Positions 55,427-64,000 of a stretch of DNA of 64,000 nucleotides are shown here, piece after piece. The notes below the pieces were generated by a model. That model made no database searches. It saw only the letters and a program-made list of their open reading frames with translations, and was not told the DNA's origin. Location of the stretch: assembly GCA_029252505.1 (NCBI GenBank), contig JAQXBH010000093.1, positions 526 through 64,525 of the forward strand, written 5' to 3'. Source of the stretch: Opitutales bacterium (GTDB lineage: Bacteria > Verrucomicrobiota > Verrucomicrobiia > Opitutales > Seribacteraceae). The position numbers and the translations under genes are program-made. Position 1 is the stretch's first letter. Each line of letters starts with the position of its first letter.

Positions 55427-55453
55427 TAATCGGTCGTCAAACTCGCAACTTTA
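55427..55453 (-). promoter_or_regulatory. sigma28 (FliA) promoter, copy 2
   Basis: TAAA-N15-ACCGATTA; the spacer sequence differs from copy 1 but its length is conserved. Confidence 0.75.
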
Positions 55454-55523
55454 GTAAAATAGTCATTTTTTATTTTTTCTGAATGAACTTTTCATTTACC
55501 TAAGAAAAAGCGACACTATCAAT

Positions 55524-56339
55524 ATGACAAAAAAATTATCCAAAGCATATTCGAATAAAGAGTTTCTTAACAGCCATGAAGCACGACCAATCCGAGTACA
55601 ATGTGAATTAATTGAACCAGAAGTTCGGTTACGTGAACAGGGAGTTGAAAACTCAATCGTTTTTTTTGGATCTGCTCGCTCAAAACCTCTGGAGAAAGCT
55701 CAGGATGAACTATCATTATTCAAAAAAAGCCTGTCTTCAAAAATAACGATTTCAGATCAGGATCAAGCGGAGCTAGCCCAAAAAGAAAGTATCGTTTTAT
55801 TATCAAAATACTATGATGAAGCCGTATTACTTTCGCGTCGCCTAACCGAGTGGTCCGATACTAAAGAAGTGCCAGGAAATAAATATTATGTTTGTTCAGG
55901 AGGTGGACCAGGCATGATGGAAGCGGCAAATAAAGGTGCCAATGACGCCAAAGGTAAATCAATCGCATTAGGCATAAGCCTTCCTTTCGAACAAGGAGTG
56001 AATCAATATGCGACCCCAGAATTATCCTTTGAATTTCATTATTTCTTTGTCCGTAAATTCTATTTTCTTTACCACGCAAAAGCAGTGGTAGTCTTCCCTG
56101 GTGGATTTGGGACAATGGATGAACTTTTTGAAACATTAACATTAATCCAAACCAAAAAACTGGGTAAACAAATGCCTATCGTTTTATACGGGCGCGAATT
56201 TTGGGAAGGACTAATCAATTTTGAACAATTTATTAAATGGGGTGTTATCTCACCCAAAGATATAGAATTATTTAAAATTGTAGATGATGTGGATGAGGCA
56301 TTCTCGCTCATTACCAAAAACCTAAAAGAAATTAGTTAA
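55524..56339 (+). CDS. LOG-family (TIGR00730) nucleotide phosphoribohydrolase
   Basis: FFGSAR, SGGGPGMMEAANKGA, FHYFFVRK, PGGFGTMDE. Confidence 0.93.
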   Translation: MTKKLSKAYSNKEFLNSHEARPIRVQCELIEPEVRLREQGVENSIVFFGSARSKPLEKAQDELSLFKKSLSSKITISDQDQAELAQKESIVLLSKYYDEAVLLSRRLTEWSDTKEVPGNKYYVCSGGGPGMMEAANKGANDAKGKSIALGISLPFEQGVNQYATPELSFEFHYFFVRKFYFLYHAKAVVVFPGGFGTMDELFETLTLIQTKKLGKQMPIVLYGREFWEGLINFEQFIKWGVISPKDIELFKIVDDVDEAFSLITKNLKEIS

Positions 56340-56377
56340 ATCTAGATTACCCATCCATTTGACAAATCAAGATCTCC

Positions 56378-57286
56378 CTATAATGACTGTAAACAGGTAT
56401 TAAAATCTAGTGGTAGTTCGGCTCTAAAAGTAAGCTCTTCAGCACTTACGGGATGAGTCAGCTTCAAACAATGTGCGTGGAGCATCACTCGATTAAAATT
56501 AGGGTGTTTCTTTGCTCCATAAGTTGAGTCACCGGCCAATGGATGTCCAAGAAATGACAGATGGACACGAATTTGATGCGTTCTGCCAGTGTGAATCTTA
56601 ACACGCAAAAAACTAAAGGATTCTTGATATGTTCGGATGGTCTCCCATTCAGTCAATGCAGACTTTCCATATTCAACCACTGCCATCCTAGTCCGATTTT
56701 TGGGATGCCTACCAATTGGTTTATCCACTTTTCCCTTCTCCGAGGGAAGTTCCCCAAAAACTAAGGCTAAATACTCTTTATCAGTTTTCCTTTGTGAAAA
56801 TTGATCAACCAGCGAATAGTAAGCCCTTTCTGATTTTGCAATTACCATAACGCCACTTGTCTCCTTGTCTAACCGGTGAACTATGCCGGGTCTTTCAGGT
56901 GCTCCTACTGGGCATAAACCAGTAGGATAATGATGGAGCAAAGCATGAACGAGGGTGTCATCTTTAGTTCCGTCTCCCGGATGAACCACCATTCCACTTA
57001 CTTTATTAATTACTACTATTTCTTCATCTTCGTATAAAATAGTAAGGGGAATATCTCTTGCAACCAAGGGAACAATGTCATCTCTAGACAAATCTATTAC
57101 CAATTTCTCTCCAGCATAGATCTTTGTTTTTGCCACAACCAATGCCCCTTCTTGTCGCCTAACTTTTTTCCCCTCAATTGCCTTTTGAATTAAAGAACGA
57201 CTTATATCTGGAAATACCTTCGCAAGAATTTTATCGACCCTTCCCGATAATCCATCCGGGCAAATAAAAAGTTCCTCAGCCATCAA
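56378..57286 (-). CDS. rluD: RluA/RluD-family 23S rRNA pseudouridine synthase
   Basis: S4-like N-terminus, NKVSGMVVHP, RPGIVHRLDKETSG, TGRTHQIRVH. Confidence 0.92.
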   Translation of the reverse strand: MMAEELFICPDGLSGRVDKILAKVFPDISRSLIQKAIEGKKVRRQEGALVVAKTKIYAGEKLVIDLSRDDIVPLVARDIPLTILYEDEEIVVINKVSGMVVHPGDGTKDDTLVHALLHHYPTGLCPVGAPERPGIVHRLDKETSGVMVIAKSERAYYSLVDQFSQRKTDKEYLALVFGELPSEKGKVDKPIGRHPKNRTRMAVVEYGKSALTEWETIRTYQESFSFLRVKIHTGRTHQIRVHLSFLGHPLAGDSTYGAKKHPNFNRVMLHAHCLKLTHPVSAEELTFRAELPLDFNTCLQSL

Positions 57287-58283
57287 CTGTGTTCATTTTG
57301 GATGTTTCCTCTTTAATTTGATTAAGAAAACTTCTTTTAGTCGTCTCGGGTAAATCGGCAACCTTGAAGCCATTGGATATTAAATGGGCAATTTCATGGT
57401 ACGAGAGAGATAAGTGATTCGCCAAAGAAATATATTCATCATTTAATGAATTATTAAAAGATAAAGGATCATCCGTACTGACAGTACATCGAATTCCTCT
57501 CTTCATAAAATCTTTAATGGGATGGTTTTCCATTCGATCCACTACTCTTAATTTAACATTGCTAATGGGGCACATATCAAGAGTAACCTGTTCATCAACT
57601 AAGAGTTGCATTACCTCGTCATCTTCAAATGCACGGGTACCATGTTGAATACGCTTCACCTTTAACTCCTGAACGGCTTGTGACACATTGGATGCAGGAC
57701 CAAATTCACCCGCATGAGCCTTTATCATTTTCCCGTGCTCCTTCGCACGTTTCCATAAGGGAGAAATCCAAGCCTCGAATGGTAAGGACTCCAGACCATG
57801 TAAATCGATACCGGACAAGTTACCCCAACCAATCGCCTGCTCCAGTATGGGTCCCAAATAGGAGGTGTAAGCATTACGACTGATACCAAGAAAAACACGA
57901 ACTTCAAGCCCCTCAGGGACAGCATCCAAAATTGCATTAACAATTTCTTCGCCAGGAAGTTTAAGGAACTCAATCATACCAGCGTGAAAACTGGTTTCTA
58001 CATACTTAACATTTTGCTGAATATGTTTTGAAAAAATTGCTTTTGCCGCTTCATGATAACTTTCTGCTGAATCAAACCAACCCATCGCATGCTCGATAAG
58101 AATAGATTCAAACTGCTCAAAACTCTTGTACTTAAAGTTCGGCTCATGAAAAAAGGGTACCGGATTAAATTTTCCAGGATCTTTTTCAATTAAAAGTTCC
58201 CACGGCAGAGCACCTTCAATATGTAAATGGGTCTCTGTTTTGGGCAAAGTGGCAAGGAATTGATTCAATGCCGACGGAATCAT
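57276..58283 (-). CDS. add: Adenosine/adenine deaminase
   Basis: PKTETHLHIEG, HAGE, RIQHG, CPISN, STDDP. Confidence 0.9.
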   Translation of the reverse strand: MIPSALNQFLATLPKTETHLHIEGALPWELLIEKDPGKFNPVPFFHEPNFKYKSFEQFESILIEHAMGWFDSAESYHEAAKAIFSKHIQQNVKYVETSFHAGMIEFLKLPGEEIVNAILDAVPEGLEVRVFLGISRNAYTSYLGPILEQAIGWGNLSGIDLHGLESLPFEAWISPLWKRAKEHGKMIKAHAGEFGPASNVSQAVQELKVKRIQHGTRAFEDDEVMQLLVDEQVTLDMCPISNVKLRVVDRMENHPIKDFMKRGIRCTVSTDDPLSFNNSLNDEYISLANHLSLSYHEIAHLISNGFKVADLPETTKRSFLNQIKEETSKMNTVDG

Positions 58284-58298
58284 TTCAATCAGGTCGTG

Positions 58299-59417
58299 TT
58301 ATGAATTTTGCAAAAGATAATCAGGATTTAATTTATGTAAATCCTCAGGAACAAATTCACCATCTTTCCGAATCATTTCACCATCGAACCAAATCTCACC
58401 ACCACCATATTCAGGCCTTTGTATGTTTACCATATCCCAATGAACTTGTGATTTGTTTCCATTATTAGCTTCTTCATAAGCCTGTCCAGGCGTGAAATGA
58501 AATGACCCTGCAATTTTTTCATCGAACAAAATATCAAGCATGGGTTCACGAATCATAGGATTAAACGCAATCGCGAATTCGCCAATAAATCTAGCTCCAT
58601 CATCAGAATCTAAGATCTCAGTTAATTTCTTGGAATTAGCAGATGAACTTGATTCAACAATTCTTCCTTTTTCAAAATGAAGAACCACATTTGAAAAGGA
58701 AGTACCTTGATAGATCGTATCGGCATTAAAAGTTATTGTACCCTCTACGCTATCGCGGACAGGACAGGAAAAAACTTCTCCGTCGGGGATATTGTGTGTT
58801 CCTCCACATGCAACAGCATCGATCCCTTTAATTGAAAATTTCAAATCTGTTCCCGGGCCAACAATCTTTACTTGATCCGCATTTCGCATACGATTTTCTA
58901 GAGCAACCATACCTTCACTCATTCGACCATAATCCATACAACAGGCATCAAAATAAAAATTTTCGAATGCCTCACTACTCATTTTTGCTTGTTGTGCCAT
59001 CGAGGGGGAAGGCCAGCGTAAAACACACCATTTTGTTTTCTGCACCCGCCAATCGAGAACTGGTTTCAGTAATTTCATTGCCCGCTTTAGATCTTCTTGC
59101 GGGAGGTCTGAATTTTCAAAAACATTCAAAGATCCGCGAATCGCAATGTAGGCATCCATGCTCTTCATTCTCTCCATTTCCCAGTTGAGAGAAGTTTCAA
59201 ACTGAATATCCTCCCCTCCTAATATACACTCGCGATCAATCCGTCCATTTTGAACCTGTACAAAAGGGATCGCCTTACATTCTCGGGTCGCACGAATTAA
59301 CGCCAATGTCATATCTTGAGGGATATCAATTGCGTGAATTAATACCTTCTCTCCAGGATTTAACTTGGTGGAATGATAAACGAGAGTGTCCGCTAATTTT
59401 TCGTATCTATGATCCAT
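58299..59417 (-). CDS. Aminopeptidase, M29 family (AmpS/aminopeptidase T)
   Basis: [35 protein letters not shown]. Confidence 0.93.
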   Translation of the reverse strand: MDHRYEKLADTLVYHSTKLNPGEKVLIHAIDIPQDMTLALIRATRECKAIPFVQVQNGRIDRECILGGEDIQFETSLNWEMERMKSMDAYIAIRGSLNVFENSDLPQEDLKRAMKLLKPVLDWRVQKTKWCVLRWPSPSMAQQAKMSSEAFENFYFDACCMDYGRMSEGMVALENRMRNADQVKIVGPGTDLKFSIKGIDAVACGGTHNIPDGEVFSCPVRDSVEGTITFNADTIYQGTSFSNVVLHFEKGRIVESSSSANSKKLTEILDSDDGARFIGEFAIAFNPMIREPMLDILFDEKIAGSFHFTPGQAYEEANNGNKSQVHWDMVNIQRPEYGGGEIWFDGEMIRKDGEFVPEDLHKLNPDYLLQNS

Positions 59418-59450
59418 GAATTATTTTAAAGAAATAGCTGTGTGGAATTT

Positions 59451-60737
59451 TTACAAACCTCGTCGAATTGTAGAACCAGGAAATTTAATTCTTACTCGGT
59501 AGACTTTTTTGACCCGATTAATAATTTCATAGGTCTTAGGATCAATTCGGGACGGAACTTCCATTCTTCGAATATCCACAACGGCGGTGAAACCTCTTTC
59601 CGTAAAGATATCAATTAACATCGCTACTGCGAGTGGATCATCAAAAACGGAAGCTTCAGAATTAATGTAAGCTAAACCAGAAATAGAGTGTTTCTCTACA
59701 ATAGGAATAAATTTGCTTTTGATCAAACCCACGACCTGTTCAAAAAGCTCCGGATGAAATTTCTGATAAGAATCAAGCCTCTGAACTAAAAGTTGCCTGG
59801 CATGTAAGGAAAGTTTTTGCGCCAGAGGAATCGAGGAAATTTGGTCATGAGTTAATTCATCCAGTTCAAGTGAACTTTGATATTTAAGTTCTTGAATAAT
59901 CCTTTGTTGAACTTCAATAACCGAGCCGTGTGCATTGATGAAATGATAATGAAATACATCACGTAAAGTAGTAAGAGAGTCATAGGTTGATTCCTTAAAA
60001 GTTTTGTACCGACTATGGGCCGCTGCTTCATCCAGGTCAGTTTTTCGTACCTCCCTTCTTCTCCCAACTCCAGAAGCATCCACTTCTGCATTATGATCCA
60101 ATGACCTTTGCCCACGAATAAATTGTCTTCGGACACTCTCCTCTTCATCAATAAATAGCATGATGATATGAAAGCGAGGTTTTGGAAATTGTGCCTCCTG
60201 AAAAGTTCCAAGATATTTGCTCCTCAATTCAGTCAATCGACGATGAAAAAGTTTCAAACATTCAACCTGGGTCTTTGTTCTAGGGTATCCATCTACAATG
60301 GCACCACTCTGATAATTGGGTTCAAGTAAGTTGCGCAGTACCAACTTGGTGACCTCACGGTCTCCCGCTAGCAAGCCCGCATCAATCTTCTTGCGTGCTT
60401 CCGGAGAGTTCAACAACTCACTGACAATTATTGGTTTCTCAGTCAGATCACGAAATTCCATGATAAATGCAGTCTGAGTACCTTTACCCGCCCCCGGAGA
60501 TCCATTAAGCCAGAATATCTCAGCCGGGAAATGAAGGTTCTCTACTCCGACCTCTTGTTCGAGTTCATGCCAAATCGAGTGAAAAATTAATTGAGCATCT
60601 TTTACTTCAAGATCTTCCACTTTCTTTTTTCCTTTATTTTCGAAATCAGAAGAAACAATGGTCTCGTCTAATTTATCCTCAGTGCTGGAAGAACTGTTGG
60701 AAGAAATAGGTTGTTCGGGTTTAGATTTGGGGAACAT
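59451..60737 (-). CDS. Adenylate/nucleoside monophosphate kinase family protein with long extensions
   Basis: NGSPGAGKGTQ P-loop, IVDGYPRT; 428 aa. Confidence 0.85.
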   Translation of the reverse strand: MFPKSKPEQPISSNSSSSTEDKLDETIVSSDFENKGKKKVEDLEVKDAQLIFHSIWHELEQEVGVENLHFPAEIFWLNGSPGAGKGTQTAFIMEFRDLTEKPIIVSELLNSPEARKKIDAGLLAGDREVTKLVLRNLLEPNYQSGAIVDGYPRTKTQVECLKLFHRRLTELRSKYLGTFQEAQFPKPRFHIIMLFIDEEESVRRQFIRGQRSLDHNAEVDASGVGRRREVRKTDLDEAAAHSRYKTFKESTYDSLTTLRDVFHYHFINAHGSVIEVQQRIIQELKYQSSLELDELTHDQISSIPLAQKLSLHARQLLVQRLDSYQKFHPELFEQVVGLIKSKFIPIVEKHSISGLAYINSEASVFDDPLAVAMLIDIFTERGFTAVVDIRRMEVPSRIDPKTYEIINRVKKVYRVRIKFPGSTIRRGL

Positions 60738-60791
60738 TAAATTTTTGTCTATATTAAGGGAGTAGTTTCGTCAATAAAAGGACATTTTAAA

Positions 60792-61601
60792 TTAAATCCC
60801 TCCCCCACTCTCATATTCTCGCATCTCCAATAAATTATGATCCATTCCCATAGCAGGAGATACAGTTTTAATCGTGCCAATTTCTTTGGCCGGAACTCCT
60901 GCAACCGAAATATGGGCAGGAACATCATCGAGCACTACACTACTTGCACCAACTCTAGACCCTTCTCCAATCTCAACATTACCGAGAATCTTGGCACCAG
61001 CCCCTATTAAGACACCGGATCTAATTTTAGGATGTCGATCGCCACGATCTTTTCCGGTTCCCCCTAGAGTCACTTCGTGTAAAATCGAGACATTATCTTC
61101 AATAACAGTCGTTTCTCCGGCCACAAAACCAGTCGCATGGTCAAGGAGAATTCCTTTTCCAATGGTTGCGGCAGGGTGAATGTCCACGGAATAAACAACT
61201 GCAACTAAGCTTTGCAAATAAAGAGCTAAATCTTTTCTATTTTTTTGCCAAAGAAAATGGGCGACTCGATAACAACATAGTGCCTGAAATCCTTTAAAAT
61301 ATAAAAAGGGACTAATAAAATCATTACAGGCAGGATCTCTCTCGGTAACGGCAATCAAATCAGATTCAACGCTTTTGAGCATTTCAGCATCTTCCTCAAA
61401 CGCCTTTTTGATCAAGTCCCGAATATCACTTTCTGGCACACTATTTTTGACTAAACGGGACGCTAATCTCCACCCCAAAGCATCGCTTAGACTTTCTCTT
61501 TCCAAAATAAACTCAGTCAAAACCTTTGAGAGAATTCTTTCTTTGGAGGCAACTTCTCTCGCCTCGTCCACTAAAGTGTTCCAAACAGTCAAATCATTCA
61601 T
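60792..61601 (-). CDS. cysE: Serine O-acetyltransferase
   Basis: RDPAC, YFKGFQAL, VDIHPAA, LDHATG, VTLGGTGK...RHPK. Confidence 0.97.
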   Translation of the reverse strand: MNDLTVWNTLVDEAREVASKERILSKVLTEFILERESLSDALGWRLASRLVKNSVPESDIRDLIKKAFEEDAEMLKSVESDLIAVTERDPACNDFISPFLYFKGFQALCCYRVAHFLWQKNRKDLALYLQSLVAVVYSVDIHPAATIGKGILLDHATGFVAGETTVIEDNVSILHEVTLGGTGKDRGDRHPKIRSGVLIGAGAKILGNVEIGEGSRVGASSVVLDDVPAHISVAGVPAKEIGTIKTVSPAMGMDHNLLEMREYESGGGI

Positions 61602-61619
61602 GGTAATAAAATTTTAAAG

Positions 61620-62279
61620 TTAAGCGCCCGGCTCTACTCCGTAAAAGGTTTCCCCAATATTTACCTTGTTACGCCCCTGAGAAACTCTCCATTTATTAGT
61701 ATCCCGCAAGGAGTAAACACAACCACAGTATTCTTGCTGATAAAAATTTTCCCGTTTTGAAATCTCAATCATTCTCTGCGAACCACCAGCTTTTCTCCAA
61801 TTATAAGTCCAATAATCTAGCTTCTCATAGCGAGCGGCCGCACGCTCTCCACAACCATTAATCTGTTTCATATTCTTCCAGCGGGAAATACCCAGGCTGC
61901 TGGAAAATAAATTAAAACCATGTTCATGAGCATACAGAGCAGTCCTTTCAAAACGCATATCAAAGCAAACGGTACACCGTGCTCCCCTCTCAGGTTCCCA
62001 TTCCAGTCCCTTAACGCGCTCAAACCAATTTCTCACATCATAATCAGCGTCAATATGCTCCACCCCCATTTTATCGCAAAATTTCTTATCCTCGGCTTTA
62101 CGAATCTCGTATTCTTTTTTGGGGTGGATATTCGGGTTATAAAAAAAGACAGTGGGTTGAATTTTTGAATTCAGCAAAGTCTCCAACACCTCCCCCTCAC
62201 AGGGAGCACAGCATGAATGTAGTAACAAACGATCTTCTTTATTGGGTGCTTCTAAAATTGGTACTTCCGCTGAGTTCAT
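61620..62279 (-). CDS. queH: Epoxyqueuosine reductase QueH (DUF208)
   Basis: [38 protein letters not shown]. Confidence 0.95.
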   Translation of the reverse strand: MNSAEVPILEAPNKEDRLLLHSCCAPCEGEVLETLLNSKIQPTVFFYNPNIHPKKEYEIRKAEDKKFCDKMGVEHIDADYDVRNWFERVKGLEWEPERGARCTVCFDMRFERTALYAHEHGFNLFSSSLGISRWKNMKQINGCGERAAARYEKLDYWTYNWRKAGGSQRMIEISKRENFYQQEYCGCVYSLRDTNKWRVSQGRNKVNIGETFYGVEPGA

Positions 62280-62300
62280 AATAATTAAAATGAAAGTTGA

Positions 62301-63314
62301 TTATTCCCGCAACGACTCCGCCTTAAGTCCACGGCTCATGAGATCGGAGAGTGCAAGATAAGGATCTTTCCCTTCATATAAAATACCATAAATCTCACGA
62401 AGAATTGGCATTTCAACGCCCTGAGAACCACATTTCTCAAAAAAACACCCAGTTGCCCAATACCCCTCAACAACGGTTTTTTGAGTACTAATAATATCCT
62501 TTGGCGTCCCCCCTTTTGCTAACGCAAGTCCAAATCTTCGGTTGCGGCTCCATTCGCCCATACAAGTTCCAATTAAGTCGCCAAATCCGCTCAGTCCAAA
62601 AAATGTTTCACTCTCACCTCCAAGTGAAATCCCGAGGTCAATCATTTCATTCATACTCCTTGTCAGAAGTGCGGCTCTTGCATTATCTCCTAAACCCAGT
62701 CCATCTGACAAGCCGGTTGCAATGGCATATACATTTTTTAAACAACTTCCTAATGCCACTCCGACACGATCTTCGGATCTATAAATCCTCATTGTCTTAG
62801 AACTTAAATTACTCTGCAGTTGAATCAGTTCAGTCTCTGCACAGTCCATCGTAAGTACCATTGCAGTGGGCTTATTTACAGCCACATCATGAGCGTGACT
62901 CGGTCCGGTTAAATAACCGGAACCTATATCACTTCCAAGTTCCTCCTGAATTACTTCATGAGCAAATAAATTACTTTTCGGTTCCAGTCCCTTACATAGA
63001 GCGATACCACCTTTTAAATTCCATGAATCCTCTCGGAATAGACTGACCTGCTTGCAAGTTTCACGCAGGGCATGAGATGGACAAGCAAAAAAGAGATATT
63101 CGGACTCCATGAGAACGGGGCGTAAGGAACAACCAATCTGCAAGTCCTCGTCAAAACTAATACCGGGCAAGTAATCTTGATTCTGTCTTTCCGAAGAAAG
63201 GGTAAGGGCATGTTCAACTCGTCGAGGAATCAGCGAAACCGAGTGACCGCACTTGGAAAGGTAGACCGCCATTGCAGTCCCCCAGGCACCAGCACCAAGC
63301 ACGCAAAAATTCAT
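62301..63314 (-). CDS. gpsA: NAD(P)H-dependent glycerol-3-phosphate dehydrogenase
   Basis: GAGAWGTA, KGLE, LKNVYAIA, GLSGFGDL, SRNRRFG, VEG. Confidence 0.97.
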   Translation of the reverse strand: MNFCVLGAGAWGTAMAVYLSKCGHSVSLIPRRVEHALTLSSERQNQDYLPGISFDEDLQIGCSLRPVLMESEYLFFACPSHALRETCKQVSLFREDSWNLKGGIALCKGLEPKSNLFAHEVIQEELGSDIGSGYLTGPSHAHDVAVNKPTAMVLTMDCAETELIQLQSNLSSKTMRIYRSEDRVGVALGSCLKNVYAIATGLSDGLGLGDNARAALLTRSMNEMIDLGISLGGESETFFGLSGFGDLIGTCMGEWSRNRRFGLALAKGGTPKDIISTQKTVVEGYWATGCFFEKCGSQGVEMPILREIYGILYEGKDPYLALSDLMSRGLKAESLRE

Positions 63315-64000
63315 TTTTTCGCGATTGGATTACTCCTCGTTTTTTGGACATAGCCAGTAAGAGCGTTTAACCCGTCGAGCCCTAAACTTGCACATGGCTT
63401 AACAAAAGAAGGCAGCGGGCTCGGGGTTAGTCCAATTAAATCATGAGTAACAAGAATTTGACCATCACACTTATCACCACTCCCTATACCAATTAAAGGA
63501 GGAAGAATTTGAGTGGCTAATTGAGTGGCAACACGCTCGTCCATCATCTCTGCGATAACTGCAAAACAACCCGCTTCCTCCAAGCTAATCGCGTCGGTAT
63601 ACAAACTATCAGCCTCCTCTCGACTGGATCCAAACTTACGATAACCGCCGATCGCCTTTACTGTTTGGGGTAACAATCCAATGTGTCCCATGACCGGAAT
63701 ACCGGTGGCAACCAGTTTTTCAATATCATCTGCCACATCTTTCCCACCTTCGATCTTTACTGCATCTGCCCCATTTTGCATAAGCCGACGCGAAGATTCA
63801 AGTAATCGATCAAACGAAAGGCTCGCTTCTCCAAATGGTAAATCTGCTACAACTAGGCAACCAGGTTGTCCACGACGAACGGCTGCAGTATGATGGACCA
63901 TATCATCAATCGTTACCGGGATTGTGGTATCATACCCTAGAAGAGTAGTACCAACAGAATCGCCGACCAAAATAAAATCAACTCCCGCCTTGGATACAAG
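63311..64000 (-). CDS. panB: 3-methyl-2-oxobutanoate hydroxymethyltransferase (5' end outside the window)
   Basis: LVGDSVG, VADLPF, AVKIEGG, GHIGLLPQ, IGIGSG..CDGQILV. Confidence 0.96.
   Translation of the reverse strand, partial: LVSKAGVDFILVGDSVGTTLLGYDTTIPVTIDDMVHHTAAVRRGQPGCLVVADLPFGEASLSFDRLLESSRRLMQNGADAVKIEGGKDVADDIEKLVATGIPVMGHIGLLPQTVKAIGGYRKFGSSREEADSLYTDAISLEEAGCFAVIAEMMDERVATQLATQILPPLIGIGSGDKCDGQILVTHDLIGLTPSPLPSFVKPCASLGLDGLNALTGYVQKTRSNPIAKK

Larger units (their letters stand above)
54527..55453. repeat. Diverged ~500-bp tandem duplication (promoter + leader + small gene)
   Basis: Units 54527-54950 and 55030-55453, offset 503 bp. Confidence 0.9.

Overview
Bacterial chromosomal DNA at roughly 40% GC. 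Protein families and gene order suggest a marine Verrucomicrobiota (Opitutales-like) genome; this is an inference, not a database result. Positions 1-33.1 kb hold a near-complete minus-strand flagellar cluster: flgBC-fliEFGHIJ-(motE/ylxF-like)-fliK-flgDE-fliLMNOPQR-flhBAF-hyp-fliA-motAB-hyp-flgFGAHIJN-flgK-flgL. It has three sigma54 promoters, a divergent cytoplasmic PAS histidine kinase, and no che genes, flhG or flgM. The ORF track misses flgL (1..3614), which runs off the window edge at more than 1200 aa. FlgL and FlgK (1094 aa) are both greatly enlarged by CBM5/12 (chitin-binding type 3)-like repeats, suggesting an adhesive hook-filament junction. FliM lacks the CheY-binding peptide, MotB has lost both peptidoglycan-binding residues, and FlhF has degenerate GTPase motifs. 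The right half has housekeeping genes (xseB, dxs, sixA, LOG, rluD, add, two M29 peptidases, adenylate kinase-like, cysE, queH, gpsA, panB) and a ~3280-aa surface protein with about 50 D/E-X-N-X-S/T N-glycosylation sequons. It also has a tandem pair of small FlgM-like genes, each with a sigma28 promoter and a conserved leader carrying GGA-loop (CsrA-type) hairpins. No tRNA, rRNA, CRISPR array or mobile element was recognised.
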